DNA of 64,000 bases from Octopus vulgaris (taxonomy: Eukaryota): NCBI GenBank assembly GCA_951406725.2, contig OX597825.1:46872001-46936000 (forward strand), written 5' to 3'. Made by a program: the position numbers and the translations under genes. The notes beneath the pieces are model-generated. The model saw nothing but the letters and a program-made list of their open reading frames with translations. It was not told the DNA's origin and ran no database searches. Shown here in pieces: positions 24,487 to 38,167 of this stretch. Every line of letters begins with the position of its first letter. Position 1 is the first letter of the stretch.

Positions 24487-27400
24487 CGGGGACGTTAAAC
24501 ATGTGAGAGCGATAAAACAGCGCTCCGAAATCTATCCACAAACATCGAATACAAAGACATCGTATGAAACCAAAAATTTACTGACAAAGGATTGGACTAT
24601 ATCTGAATAAGTGATACCTATTGAAATTTATTACTATTTTCGAAACGAAATGATGTATTTTAACTCGATATCATCTCCACCTCGAGCACAACACATGTAA
24701 ACATGCGCGGAACATTACGACCCATCAACATCAGATCATCTCCGACCCCAAACACCATGTACAAAAAAACTATGAAGGAATTAAATAACACCGATATTAT
24801 TCAACCCAAGAATAGCAATCGGGAAGTACGTACATTAAACTTACAACATAAAATGTACGAAAAACTACACGTGCAAAACAATGTGACAACAGAAATGAAC
24901 GGACCGGTACCCTACGAAAATGACGACCGTCAAAATAAAGGGCCGGACATTGTCCCTCATGTCCCGCAAATAAAACCCAAAAGACATAAATGGACACGTG
25001 AGGAATACATTTCTATCCTACATGCTTATTTTACAGCAGTGCTCTACCCAAAGAATGAAAACACAACAACACATACATATAAAATATGGAAGGAAAACAA
25101 CATAAATATAGACTTGGATACAGCAATGAACCCTAACAAACTAGCAAATATACGGAGATATATTCTCAACGCAAAAACAATATCAGAAATAGAAATAAAA
25201 CATCTAAAAGAAAAAATACACCAGGAAAATGTAGATAGAAGCCAGACAACAATGCCCAATAATATAAACACTGAAACAGTAAAACACGAAGACAAATGTA
25301 ACACGACAAACAAACATACAAATAAGAAAGAAAACGACACAAATCTAAAACCTGGAAACAATGAAGGGGAGCCTAATGAATATGATAATATAAAAAGTAG
25401 AATAATCAAAGAACTGAAAACCACAGAGCTCAAAATGGACCACCGACCATACCTTCTAAAAATCAAATTAGACGAAACAACACCAATTATAAACAGCATT
25501 AACCTAGCCGTCACGGAACTAATAGCCACTGAAACAAAAAGCGATATCACTGAGCTAAATAACTTAGTATACGCAGCAGCCACTGCAGCCACAAAAGAAG
25601 CTGGATACTCACTCAAACCCGTCCAAACAGGAGTACCACCACCCAAACAAACCCTGTGGATAAATAACATCCAAAACAAAATACAAAAAATAAGAAAAGA
25701 TCTGTCGATGAAATCAGTAGACAATCAACGCTACTGGGCAACAAAAAGAAAACAAAAATACTCCGCAAATACATCACACAAAAAGATTTACCTGAGATAA
25801 AAGAAAAGCTAAAGGATCCGCCGGTACGAGAAATGCCAGCGCTTCTTTGAACAAAACAAAAAGTTCAACTCCAACCCCAAAAAGTTCTACCAAGAACTTG
25901 GCAAAAATAAAATAGAAATCACTGCAGCACCAACGGCAGAAGAAGTGGAAGAATTCTGGAGAGAAATATGGTCGGCGAACGAACAACCAAAAAAGAAGAA
26001 TTTTAAAATAACAAACTCAGCATCTGAGCAACTTTGGACACCCATAACAACTGAAGAGGTCACCCAGGCACTGCAAAGACCAAGCAACTGGAAGGCACCT
26101 GGGCATGACAAGATCCCCAACTTCTGGTTGAAATATCTAACAGGAATGCACAAAAAACTGGCTGAAAATGTTAACAACATACCAGCAGAGCCAGAGACAA
26201 TGCCTGAATGGCTCACGAAGGGGAAAACCATCTTAATTCCCAAATCAAATGGGACAGCAAAACCAGAAAACTACAGACCAATAACTTGTCTCCCTACGAT
26301 GTACAAGGCATTTACTGCAGTGATATTGCAAAGGTTGAACAAGCACCTAGACGAAAACAACCTGTTTCCAGAAGAGCAGAAAGGATGCCGCAAAGGCTCA
26401 TACGGCTGTAAAGATCAACTAATGATCAATAAAGCCATAACTGAAGACAGCCACAGAAAGGAGAAAGGCCTCAGTATGGCCTGGATCGACTACAAAAAGG
26501 CGTTTGATAGCATCCCCCACACATGGATCCTCGAAACACTAGCCATTAACAAAATAGCACCAACAATTATAAAATTCATTGGGCACTCTATGAATAAATG
26601 GCAAACAGTGCTACAGCTCCAAACAAAAGAGGGACTCATGAAAACCAAAGCCATCCCCATTAGAAGAGGAATATTCCAGGGAGACACGCTCTCTCCACTC
26701 CTTTTCTGCTTGGCACTGTCACCTCTATCTGACATGCTAAATAGAACTGGATGCGGATATAAATGTTACGGCAAAACGATCAGCCATCTTTTATATATGG
26801 ATGACCTAAAACTATACGCTGCAAATGACAAACAGCTGGAAACACTATTAAAGACAGTTCATGGATTTACCGAAGAAACAGATATGAAATTTGGATTAGA
26901 AAAATGCGCCAAAGTAACCCTGAAAAGAGGAAAACTAGTTAAGAGTAGCAACATCACACTAGATAAAACCAATGAAATAAAAGAATTAGACCAAAGCCAA
27001 ACTTACAAATACTTAGGAATCCATGAACTAGATAAGAAATGAAAGAGAAAATAAAAAAAGAATATTATAGACGAGTTAGATCAAAACTAAAAACAGAGCT
27101 CAATGCTAAAAACAAGATAATAGGTATTAACACTTTAGCTGTCCCAGTTATAAGTTACAGCTACAATATCCTTAACTGGACACTAAATGAACTGACCAAA
27201 ATAGATAGGGAAACAAGAAAAATAATGACAGGATCTATGATGCATCACCCAAAATCTGACATAGAAAGACTATATATACAACGTATAGAAGGTGGTAGAG
27301 GCCTTATACAGCTGGAAAACTACTATAAAATAACCACCATAGAACTGCAAAAATATCTATTTCAGAAGGAAGGAAAACTGATACAAATAGCGGCAAAACA

Positions 27401-28436
27401 CGAGCAAAACAAAAAACTGTTCTCAGTATTTAAGGAAGCTGACAAATACAAACAAGAAATCATACCACCTAACAAATATAAAGAAGAAGAAGAAGAAGAA
27501 GAAGATGAAGAAACAAAAGCTATAAAACAAATGAAATCCAAGCTAAAACTAGAACAGCAAAGAACCATGATAAAACGATGGCAAGAAAAACCCCTTCACG
27601 GTAAATACTGGACTAAAGTAAATGCAAAAGAAATAGACAAAGAAAAATCCCAGCAATGGTTGAGAAGGTCAGGACTCAAAGCAGAGACAGAGGGATTTTT
27701 AATTGCAGCACAAGACCAAAGCCTCACCACCAGAAATTACCCAAAACATGTAATGAAAAGAAATATAACAACTGCAGAATATGTGGAAATGGACAAGAAA
27801 CAATAAATCATATTATCTCTGGCTGCCCAGTCCTGGCTAAGAAGGAATATATTCACAGACGTGACAGAGTTGGAACCTACATACACTGGAAGCTTTGCCA
27901 ACATTATGGAATAACAACAGAAAAAAGATGGTATAGGCACACACCAGAAAAGGTCACAGAAAGCGAAAAAGCAACCATACTTTGGGATACGCCGATACAC
28001 ACAGATAGAGAAATTAAGGTCAACAGACCAGATATAGTTGTCAGAGATCATGAAGAAAAAAAATGCTTTCTAATTGATGTATCAATACCGGCAGATGACA
28101 ACTTGTCTCTAAAAGAAATGGAGAAACTTTCAAAATACAAAGACCTGGAAATGGAGGTAACCAGAAAGTGGAATCTAAAAACAGAAACAATTCCTATCAT
28201 AGTAGGTGCATTAGGCATGATAAAAGAATATTCAGACAAATACATAACAAAAACACCAGGACTTACAAACACATATAACATACAGAAAATTGCACTACTA
28301 GGCACTGCACACATCCTACGCAGAACACTTTCCATACAATAACCATCAGAGCATCACAACAAATCACAGCACATACCCAAGGCACACAGAGCTGGCTCGG
28401 TAGTGAAGTGAAAGCGCGCTATAAAAAATAAAACTA

Positions 28437-28440
<4 letters not shown>
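24486..28440 (+). mobile_element. Near full-length R4/Dong-like RLE non-LTR retrotransposon in (TAA)n
   Basis: (TAA)n on both sides; one long RT-RLE reading frame broken by frameshifts. Confidence 0.92.
24703..28342 (+). pseudogene. RT / CCHC / restriction-like endonuclease polyprotein in four frameshifted segments
   Basis: NWKAPGHD, NYRPITCL, WIDYKKAFDS, GIFQGDTLSP, YMDD, YKYLG, CRICGNGQETINHIISGC, RPDIVVRD..LIDVSIP..KLSKY. Confidence 0.92.
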
Positions 28441-28514
<74 letters not shown>

Positions 28515-28975
28515 CTTGGTATAAAAGATGGGCTACATCTTAGTATAAAAGATGGGCTACAGCAAATATTCTGCTCAATACCACAGATTTGCTTTTCAGT
28601 TGTTTGACCTTAACCAGTTTACCATGTTCCTTAGTGGCTGACGATATGTGCATCTCTGATCACGAGTAGAAGTAGTGGGGAAGCATCATAGCCATGTGTT
28701 GAGAGGGATTATTTGGGGTTTGAGTAATTCACCTCTGGAAACATGGGTGTTTCGTTCAATATTCTTAAAGAACCCTTATTCAGGGAACTTTTGAAAAGGA
28801 TGGGTTACTTGACCTTGCAAGGTCATGTGCAGTTTATCTTGTTATGAGATCACCATGTCGCGCACATATGGCTGTGATGCATGTGCCTGGTGTACACTTA
28901 TCAGATGGGTACATTGGGCTTCGTATATTTTACCCCAGTGTCACTTTGATGGCATACACTGCTCCCTCACTCAAT
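28515..28975 (+). mobile_element. Family D repeat, truncated, with a 22-bp duplication at its start
   Basis: Colinear with 23945-24424; tcttggtataaaagatgggctac is repeated at 28514 and 28538. Confidence 0.8.
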
Positions 28976-29012
28976 AATAATAATAATAATAGTAATAATA
29001 ATAATAATAATG

Positions 29013-29091
<79 letters not shown>

Positions 29092-29105
29092 TAATAATAA
29101 TAATA

Positions 29106-32100
29106 ACCAAAATATGAAAATAATTGGTAAAATCCACCTTGCACTTAAGGATATAATTTCAGCTAATGATGTTGATACGAGGGGCGTTCAATAAGTAATG
29201 CCCCTGACCCATTTCCCATAGCAGTAGAGTAACGAATCTTGGCACAGTTATTAGTCTTTTCCTACATAGGAACTACCCAGAGTTATGCATTTCTCCCATC
29301 GTTTGATACAGCTCTGGAGACCGTTTTTGTAGAAGACCCCAGCTTGGTCCTCCAACCACGACGTGACTTCAGAAACCAAGGCTGCATCATCTGGGAAACG
29401 CTTTCCTTTATAAACAACTTCATGGCTGGGAAGAGGTGAAAATCAGAGGGTGCAAGGTCAGGAGAGTAGGGGGGATGGGGGAGGAGTTCATAGCCGCACG
29501 CCTGTGCTTCTGATCTGGCGACACGCGAGTTGTGGACCGGAGCGTTGTCCTGCAGGAGGAGGATGCCTTTGCTGATCTTGCCCCGCCTCTTGATTTTGAT
29601 AGCTTCTCTTAATTTCCTCAAAAGTGAAGCATAATAGGCTCCTGTAATTGTGGTACCCTTCGCCAGGAAATCTGTCATCACTACTCCGTCCTGGTCCCAG
29701 AAGACTGTGAGCATGACCTTGTCAGCGGAGGGCTGCACCCTTGCCTTCTTTGGAGGAGGTGAGTCACGGTGCTTTCACTGCATTGACTGGGCTTTGGTCT
29801 CTGGATCATAGTGATGGACCCAGGTTTTATCCTGTGTAATCAGTCTTTTGAAAAATTCTGACTCATCTTCTTGGCACATCTCCAAATTCATCCTCGAGCA
29901 CTCAACGCGTTCTTGCTTCTGGAAAGGTGTGAGCAACCTGGAAATCCATCTGGCAGACACCTTTTGCATATGCAAATGGTCATGAATGATAGTTTCCACA
30001 GACCCGGTACTAATCTTGACCTTATGGGCTATTTGGCGAATAGTTATGCGTTGACCTTCCAAAATGGCAGCCTCAACTTGACGGACAGACGTTTCATCAA
30101 CGGCAGAAGGGGGCGACCAGATCTGGGAGCTGTTTCCACAGCTTCCGACTATGAATTCACAATGCCAGCGTTTTACAAGGTCATATGATGGGGCATCATC
30201 ACCATAAGTTACTTTCATTTCATGAAAAGTCTCCCGTGGTGTGTGTCCTTTCAAATACAAAAACCAGATCACTGCTTGACACTCAACAGGCTCCATTTCA
30301 CACTTGACTCAGTTCAAACACCTGTAAATCAGAAACCACAATTAGTTCAGAGCTGTAATTCGCCACTTAATCTATAGAGGTATAAATAAGTGCACATGCA
30401 AACTTTCAGCGAGATCAAACAACTGCAAGTGGGTCAGGGGCATTACTTATTGAACGCCCCTCGTATCACAGATCTCAATCACCTGTACTATGCATCCGCG
30501 AAAATCTCAACGATTGTATGTGGTGAAAGGATTAGAAAACGGCAACATTCCCACAAAAATCCTCCTTGGCAAGAGCGTATCCAACAACAAATTAAACTAC
30601 TTAAGGTTGCCAAGACTACCAAACCTACAAAACCCCAAAATTAATGGAAAAATATAATATGAAAACTATACTTGATATTGATGCCATCGTAGAAACCATC
30701 AAGCAAAGGGTATCTGCTAAAGCGTGTTAGATTCTTCAAGTACAACATGTTCAAAAACAACCCCCAAAATTTGTACAGGAAGATAGGGAAAATACCAGTT
30801 ATTGTAAAGTCTGTACCATCAAAAGAAGAAGTGCAGGGATTTTGGAATAAAATTTGGGCAGAAGAAAAAAACACACAATGAAAAGGTCCCCTGGATTGAT
30901 AGAATATCTAAAGAACTGGACTCCTTAGAGGAGCAAATGTGGGAGGGTGTCAAGGTAGAAGATATAAGATCTGCTCTCAGGAGGTCAAACAAATGGAAGT
31001 CTCCAGGAAAGGATAAAATTCCTAACTTCTGGTTGAATGCCTTCCCAGAGAGCCATGAACTGCTAACTGAACTTTACAATGATGTTTTGCAACACCGTAG
31101 TAGGATGCCTCCTTGGCTACTTAATGGTTTAACATTCCTGCTTCCAAAAAGTGAAGAAACAAATGAACCAAAAAACTATAGACCCATAACCTGCTTAACA
31201 ACTATGTATAAAACGCTAACATCTGCCCTGACAGAATATACCTATAGTTTTTTAACAGACAGCAGCATATTCCCTAATGAACAGAAAAGATGTAAACGTG
31301 GATCCTATGGTTGTAAAGATCAGCTACTCATCAATAAGATGATATTAGAAGATTGTCACAAACGACACAAACACTTGTCAATAGCCTGGATAGACTATAA
31401 AAAGGCTTTTGATAGCCTACCACATAGCTGGATTAAGAAATGCCTGGAAATGTATAAAATAGCACCTACTCTGCGAAACTTTTTCTCTGTAAGTATGATA
31501 TCATGGAGAACTACACTAACTTTGAACAGTGACAATGAATCTCTAAATGCTGGTGATGTAAAAAATTCATGTGGCATTTTCCAGGGTGACTCCCTATCAC
31601 CACTCCACTTTCGTTTAGCCTTAATACCTCTCTCAAAATTGCTCAATGACGCGCAGTACGGATATAAAATGTTTGATGAAAATATAAATCATCTCATTTA
31701 CATGGATGATTTAAATGACCAACAACTCAGAGGCTTACTAGCGACTGTTAAACAATTCAGTGATGACATCAGAATGCAATTTGACATCGACAAATGTGCA
31801 AAAGCTACCTTTATCTGTCACGATTACATATTTCAGTAATTGACCAGTTAGCTATATTGAAACTGGAATTTCACCATTCAAACTGACAGAAAGATAGATA
31901 CAAATAGGCCAGACATCATATTGAAAGACTTCAGACAAAGAACATGCCTCCTCATTGATATGACTGTCCCAATCGATATAAACGTATCTGTCAAGACCTA
32001 CCAAACACTGAGCAAATATAAAGATCTTGAAATAGAAATCAGCAAAATGTGGAACCTAAAGACTAAAACAATACCTGTTGTCATAGGTACCCTGGGAATG

Positions 32101-32416
32101 ATAGTAAAAGGGGCTGATTGCTACCTAACTCAGATACCAGGAAACCCCAAAATGGCAGAAATTCAAAAGATAGTGCTCATGGGAACTGCTCATATCCTAC
32201 GCAAAATACTTTCTATGTAATCTCAAGTTTTAAAACAAACATAATTTTCGTATGTTTTTTTTAGACATTCAGTAGTACAACACTAAATACAAAACCAAAT
32301 ATATGGCACACTAGGCATAACACCAACATGAACTTCCAACTTGTTGTCTCTTGAGGTCTCTGGGTGAGACTTGGAGCTAACTTGTACAAATGTAAAGCAA
32401 AAGTCAAACATAGAAC
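29106..32416 (+). mobile_element. Second R4/Dong-like LINE, interrupted by a mariner and internally deleted between RT and RLE
   Basis: ORFs 30937..31839 (RT) and 31921..32220 (RLE end); flanked by (TAA)n. Confidence 0.88.
29178..30463 (-). mobile_element. Full-length mariner (DD34D) transposon with 34-bp TIRs and TA target duplication; transposase disrupted
   Basis: TIR cgaggggcgttcaataagtaatgcccctgaccca at 29178-29211 and inverted at 30430-30463; TA at 29176-77 and 30464-65; ITQDKTW, LQDNAPVH, YSPDLAPSDFHLF; premature stop at 29775. Confidence 0.96.
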
Positions 32417-32660
<244 letters not shown>

Positions 32661-32928
32661 GACACAAGGCCTGAAATATGGGGGAGGGGGATAGTCGATT
32701 AAATCGACCTCAATCCTAAACTGGTACTTAATTTATCGACCCCGAAAATATGAAAGTCGATCTCGGCAGAATTTGACCTGAGAACGTAACAGTAGACGAA
32801 ATACCTATTTCTTTATTACCCACAAGGAGCTAAACACAAAGGGGACAAACAAGGACAGACATAGGTATTAAGTCAATTACATTGACCCCAGTGCGTAATT
32901 GGTACTTAATTTATCGACCCCGAAAGGA
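32661..32928 (-). mobile_element. SINE family B tandem fragment
   Basis: Same body and same gacgaaatac|ctatttcttta junction (~32800) as the 18-kb array. Confidence 0.8.
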
Positions 32929-33281
32929 TGAAATACTGTCAGATCATTGATGTAGCCATACCAAATGACATGAATGTTGTAAGTAAAGAGGTTGAAAATA
33001 TCACCAAGTACTCCGAATTGGAAGTGGAAAGGGCAAGACTGTATGGAATAAGAGAGGCTAATGTAAACGTGGTGATCGGAGCGCTGGGCTCAATCCCATT
33101 GAAACTTTAAGACTTCTTAAAGCAACTGGAAATCCGATGCAAGATTGATGTCTTGCAAAAAGCAACCTTATTGGGCATAGCGCACATCTTAAGGAAAGTA
33201 CTATCTGTCTGAAGTCCTTGTTGTGACTTGACAAATGACTAAAGACTCCGGTGCATTTTTACCTGCACAGTGTTACGACGG
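32929..33281 (+). mobile_element. R4/Dong-like 3' end fragment
   Basis: KYCQIIDVAIPND...VIGALGSIP; highly similar to 39424-39772; followed by (TAA)n. Confidence 0.82.
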
Positions 33282-33295
33282 AATAATAATAATAA

Positions 33296-33663
33296 TAACA
33301 AGAGCACTCAGAGACGCAAATCTCCGCCAAGGTAACATCAGCATCCTCAATGATTAGCTGGAGATGATTTTTAAAATAAGAATGTCTTAAATAAACCCGA
33401 CTGCTCTCACAAACGAGAATACTAAAATTGAACCCGACTGCCCTTAAAAATGAAGAATAAACTCAGGAAAATAATCCAGAATCCTTGTCCGGTATCAGAT
33501 CCAGCCCCAAATCTACACCGTTCGTGTTAGTCACGAGACCAAATATTCCTGAAAGTTTCATCCGAATTCATCCAGCGGTTCTTGAGATATCTTGTCCGCG
33601 GACAAACAAACAAACAAACACGGCTGAAAAACAATACCCCCGCCTTCGCTAAGGCGGGGGTAA
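33296..33663 (-). mobile_element. Helentron-associated (HINE/DINE-1-like) non-autonomous element
   Basis: Terminal hairpin taccccgccttcgctaaggcgggggta, (CAAA)n tract, and ctccgccaagg subterminal repeat plus agcactcagaga at the other end. Confidence 0.65.
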
Positions 33664-33849
33664 TAATGATTTCAAATTTTTGACACAATGGCAGCTTGGA
33701 GGAGATGGGTATGAGTCAATTACATCGACTCCAGAGTTCAACTGGTAATTTTATCGACCTCGGCGTAGTTTGAACTCAGAACGCAATGATAGGCGAAATG
33801 CCGCTAAGTATTTCGTCCATCGCGCCAATGATTTTGCCAGCTTACCGCC

Positions 33850-33850
<1 letters not shown>
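33664..33850 (-). mobile_element. SINE family B, degenerate
   Basis: atcgacctcggcgtagtttgaactcagaacg...gccagcttaccgcc followed by (TAA)n. Confidence 0.75.
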
Positions 33851-33917
<67 letters not shown>

Positions 33918-34840
33918 TACCAAGCAAGCAAAGCGAATCAGGCAGACTGCAAAAAAGAATGGGCAGAATCAAATTGAGAGGCGGTGGAGCCAGAAGCCCC
34001 TGCATGGACAATACATTCTCCGAAGCCAAAATGCTGATGTAGACCAAGCAACAACCCATCAGTGGTTGAAGAGTTCTGGATTGAAAGCAGAGACTGAAGG
34101 CTTCATAATGGCAGCACAAGATCAAAGCTTGTTTACCAGAAATTACCAGGCTAACGTTCTCCGAAACGGTACTGACCCTAAATGCAGATTCTGTGACACA
34201 TTTGACGAAACAATAGACCATCTCGTTTCGGGATGTCCTGTGCTGACACTACAAATCCGACACTCCTGCTAACTGGTATGAACACCATCCTCAGCCAGTT
34301 GTTGAAGGTAAAGATGTCACCATCCTCTGGGATTTTCCAGTCAACACTGACAGAACGATCAAGGCTAATCGACCAGACATAATTGTTAAAGACAGGGAAG
34401 AAAATACCTGCAGACTAATAGAAGTAAGCGTCCCCACTGATAAAAATGTATCTGTCAAGGAATTTGACAAACTTAGTAAATATAAGGACCTGGAAATCGA
34501 AATACAGAGGATGTGGAATCTTAAAACAAAAACTGTTCCTGTTATTGTAGGTGCCCTAGGTATGATAAAAAAGGGATGTCAGAAACACCTAGACAATATC
34601 CCTGGAAAACCATGTCTCAAGGAAATCCAAAAGATTGTGCTAACAAGTACTGCCCACATCCTTAGAAAAACCCTATCAATGTAAATGTTTGTGTTTGTAT
34701 TACATGGAGATATTTCTCTACTTCCCCTCCCCAAGCTTTCAGCTATATTTCAACAACTCTTAACCTTCACTTGCCCTAGGGCGCTGGGTGTGCCCCGGCA
34801 GGTGATTGCATCAAACATGCAGATTAAAAGTAAATGACAA
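33918..34840 (+). mobile_element. 5'-truncated R4/Dong-like LINE (CCHC + RLE + 3'UTR)
   Basis: GLKAETEGFIMAAQDQ, CRFCDTFDETIDHLVSGC, NRPDIIVKD; (TAA)n flanks. Confidence 0.87.
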
Positions 34841-35304
34841 TGATAATAATAATAATAATAATAAGAAGAAGAAGAAGACGAAGAAGGAGGAGGAGGAGAA
34901 GGAGAAGGAGAAGAAGAAGTAGAAGAAGAACAACAGTAACAACAAGAACAAAAAACAACAATAACATGGAGGTACTCTAAGAAACTCTCTCCATAAAACA
35001 AACTTGAGCTAATAACATCGGTGGAATAGAAGGAAAATTTCGCGATACAACTATAGGAAAAGTCCTGTTAAAGCAAAGGAACTAAAAATTCGGAAACATT
35101 CTTGTAACATACAATGTAGTTTCTTTCTTAAATGCATGATAACTCAATGTGACATATGCAAGACGTCGAAACCAGCACCAGGAACCCTGGAAAAACACAC
35201 TAATTACATAGTAAGTACGTAAATTGAATAATTACCTATGCATGTAACTGTCCATGCATCCATGTGCATATTTTAATATTTACAAGCAGCATAAATTATG
35301 CCTA

Positions 35305-35619
35305 GTGGAGGCGCAATGGCCCAGTGGTTAGGGCAGCGGACTCGCGGTCGGATGATTGCGGTTTCAATTCCCAGACCGGGTGTTGTGTGTGTTTATTGAG
35401 CGAAAACAGCTAAAAGCTCCACGAGTCTCCGGCAGGGGGTGGTGGTGACCCCTGTTGTACTCTTTCGCCACAACTTTCTCTCACTCTCTCTTCCTGTTTC
35501 TTGAGTAACGCTGCTATGGACTGGCGTCCCGTCCAGCTGGGGGGAACACATACGCCACAGAAACCGGGAAACCGGGGCCATGAGCCTGGCTAGGCTTGAA
35601 AAGGGCGACGCTTATCGTT
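35305..35619 (+). mobile_element. tRNA-derived SINE family C (Arg-like head) with 14-bp target-site duplication
   Basis: A box tggcccagtgg, B-box-like ggtttcaattccc, anticodon-loop-like ctcgcgg; TSD ataaattatgccta at 35291-35304 and 35620-35633. Confidence 0.88.
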
Positions 35620-35799
35620 ATAAATTATGCCTACCTGACACACACGTATACACACAAGAAATAAAAGAAAAAGACGTGTCACGAGCGACGCCGTACCAAG
35701 CAAAAACAAAGCGACTTCCCAGAAACGAATATAAAAAGGAGCAAATCAGTCACTCAGTTTAAAACATCACTAAATATAGATTCCGAAAAAAAAAATAGA

Positions 35800-37990
35800 G
35801 GTGATTTTTCGATCTCTCAGCCTATAATACAATAATATATTCATTCGAAGAATTAGGAAATGGTGTCATGTCAAAAATGTCATCCTTTAACAAATAGATC
35901 CGTCTCCTATTGTCACCGTCAATGCTTTAATGATAAGCCAAAACTTATGCCGGATCGGTCATCACCCGGGAGAAGGACTAGGATCGAAAAGTCTGCTGCA
36001 GGAACAAACTATAAAAAAAAAAAGAAAAGGAACTACCAGGTAACCAGAACTAAGATAACCCAAACCATAGTGATACAGCCAAAAACACCACCAAAAGCAA
36101 AACGCATAAAATGGACTAGAGACGATTATAGAGATGTGTTGAAAGCTTTCTATACAGCCCAACTAAACCCAAACAATAACCTTATTGTAAAAATATACAC
36201 TTCATGGGGAAACTTAGTCGGCAATGAAATACGCAAATATATAGACGTAAATAAATTAAATAATGTACGTAGAGACATAATCAAGAAATTAGCTTATGCT
36301 GAAATTAGCCAAATTAGGACACAAATATCCCATGGTAGACCAAATGAAAACAGTAACGCTGCAGATGGAATAGGTAACAGATGCACAAAACCCAGTGTAC
36401 GAGCAGTACATCCCAACGAGGAAGCTGAAGAAAGAATAACAAAGAACAGATATTCGGAAAAAGAGGAGAAAGTAGACCTACCTCAAGAACACCAGTATAG
36501 ATTTGACGCAGAATTTGAGGTGAATGATAATGAAAAGATCAAAGAAGCAGAAAGCTGAAGGAAGCCAATGCATAAACTATAAAACGGTTTAGGCCGATAT
36601 CCGTATTGAACGTTGAAGACAAGATCTTTATGGGAATTCTCTCAAGGAGAACAGTAGCATATTTACAGAGTAATGGATATGTTGATGAATCTGTTCAAAA
36701 GGCCGGAATCCCTGCGATCCCTGGATGCGTTGAGAGTTGTTTTTCAATTTGGAAGGCGATCCAGGATGCAAAACAGAACAAGAGAAGTCTGAACGTGGTT
36801 TGGCTTGACCTAGCTAATGCATATGGCTTAGTGCCACAGGAATTACTGATGAGAGCCATGGATCACTTCCACATTCCAGACAAAGTAACCAGATTAATGA
36901 GAATACAATATATCAGTTTGGAGATGAGGTTTACAGCTGGAGATTTTACAACAGATTGGCACCGATTGGATATTGGCATTGCTACTGGCGGCACAATATC
37001 TGTCACGTGGTTTATCTTAGTCATGGAGATGATTTTGAAAGCCGTGGATTTTTCGGAACAAATCGCCATGTACAATCACCTAAGAAGGCCTTCATGGATG
37101 ACGTGACACTACTATCAACAGACAAGAAAATCATGCAGAGTGCCCTCTTGAGACTAGACGAGCTTGTAAAGTGATCAAGGATGCGATTTAGAGCAAACAA
37201 GTCGCGTATTTCTGACATTTATTAAGGGAGTGCAAAAAGAAATTAAGTTTCAAATGGCTGAAGAACCCGTCAAGAGCTTGGGGCGAGTATACGCTTGAAC
37301 ATTGTCAGATAGGAGTCGCAGGATGCAAATTAGGAAAGAAGCCGAGGTTGGATTAATAGCGATTGCTAACTCAAAGCTACCAGGTAAATATAAAATTTGG
37401 TGCTTACAGTTCGGCTTATATTTGCGACTTTCTCGGCCACTTTTAGCATATGACGTAACACTGTCACGAGTTCAAATCATTGAACAAGAATGTAATGTGT
37501 TCATTAGAAAGTGGCTAGGTCTAACCTCGGATATTGAACTGTTCAGCTCTTCATCATATAAGAGGTTCGTTGCAGTTATCACTGGCGTCAATAGTCAAAA
37601 TTTATAAACTACGGAATCAATGATAAACTGTGATGATGTCGAGAGAGTCGAAGGACATAGAAATCAAGCGTAATCCACCAGATGTAAAAACGGCCAGGAA
37701 GTGGAAAGTAGAAGCAGAGGCTGATGACATTCTGTCTTCTCTTACGTACCATAATCATGATATATAATATTGCTCTTAGACAGATCTTAAGAAATATGGA
37801 AAATGACCTAACAACCTTAAAAACCTAATCCATTCCATTGCTAAAGTTGTAACTGCTCAATTAGGTATCAGGGCGACGCAGAAAGGGACCAACCATGTCA
37901 AAAGACCTCATATGTGGAAAGTAGCGATACAAAAAGAGATCAAGAGATCAAGTGTGTCAGTTCTTGATGAACTTGCTAGAGGAGTAAATG
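35800..37990 (+). mobile_element. R4/Dong-like LINE 5' region, interrupted by a HERO-like fragment
   Basis: KRIKWTRDDY...NKLNNVRRDI matches KRHKWTREEY...NKLANIRRYI of ORF 24703; homology resumes at ~37800 (NLIHSIAKVVT...WKVAIQKEIK). Confidence 0.75.
36580..37755 (+). mobile_element. HERO-clade non-LTR RT fragment
   Basis: RPISVLNVEDKIF, YLQSNGYVDESVQKAGIP, VVWLDLANAYG, AFMDD, LPGKYKIWCLQFG are characteristic of HERO RTs. Confidence 0.78.
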
Positions 37991-38130
37991 ACAAGCAAAT
38001 CTGTGGTATTGAGTACAATATTTGCTGTAGTCCATCTTATATACAAAGGCAAAACAATGTACATGATAACACTTCCAATCAGTTAAGATCAGAAGCCATG
38101 AAAGCCACTGCCTGGTACTGCATCAGGGCC
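37988..38130 (-). mobile_element. Family D repeat, 5' fragment in inverted orientation
   Basis: Reverse complement of 23865-24005. Confidence 0.85.
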
Positions 38131-38167
38131 ATCATCATCATCATCATCATCATCATCACCACCACCT

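Noticed and set aside
24486-24700. HDV-like ribozyme expected at the 5' end of an RLE LINE
   Set aside because: Only a simple gagcg/cgctc hairpin found; could not build the nested double pseudoknot by eye.
35305-35380. tRNA-Arg gene
   Set aside because: No proper acceptor stem; continues into a SINE body and is bounded by a 14-bp TSD.
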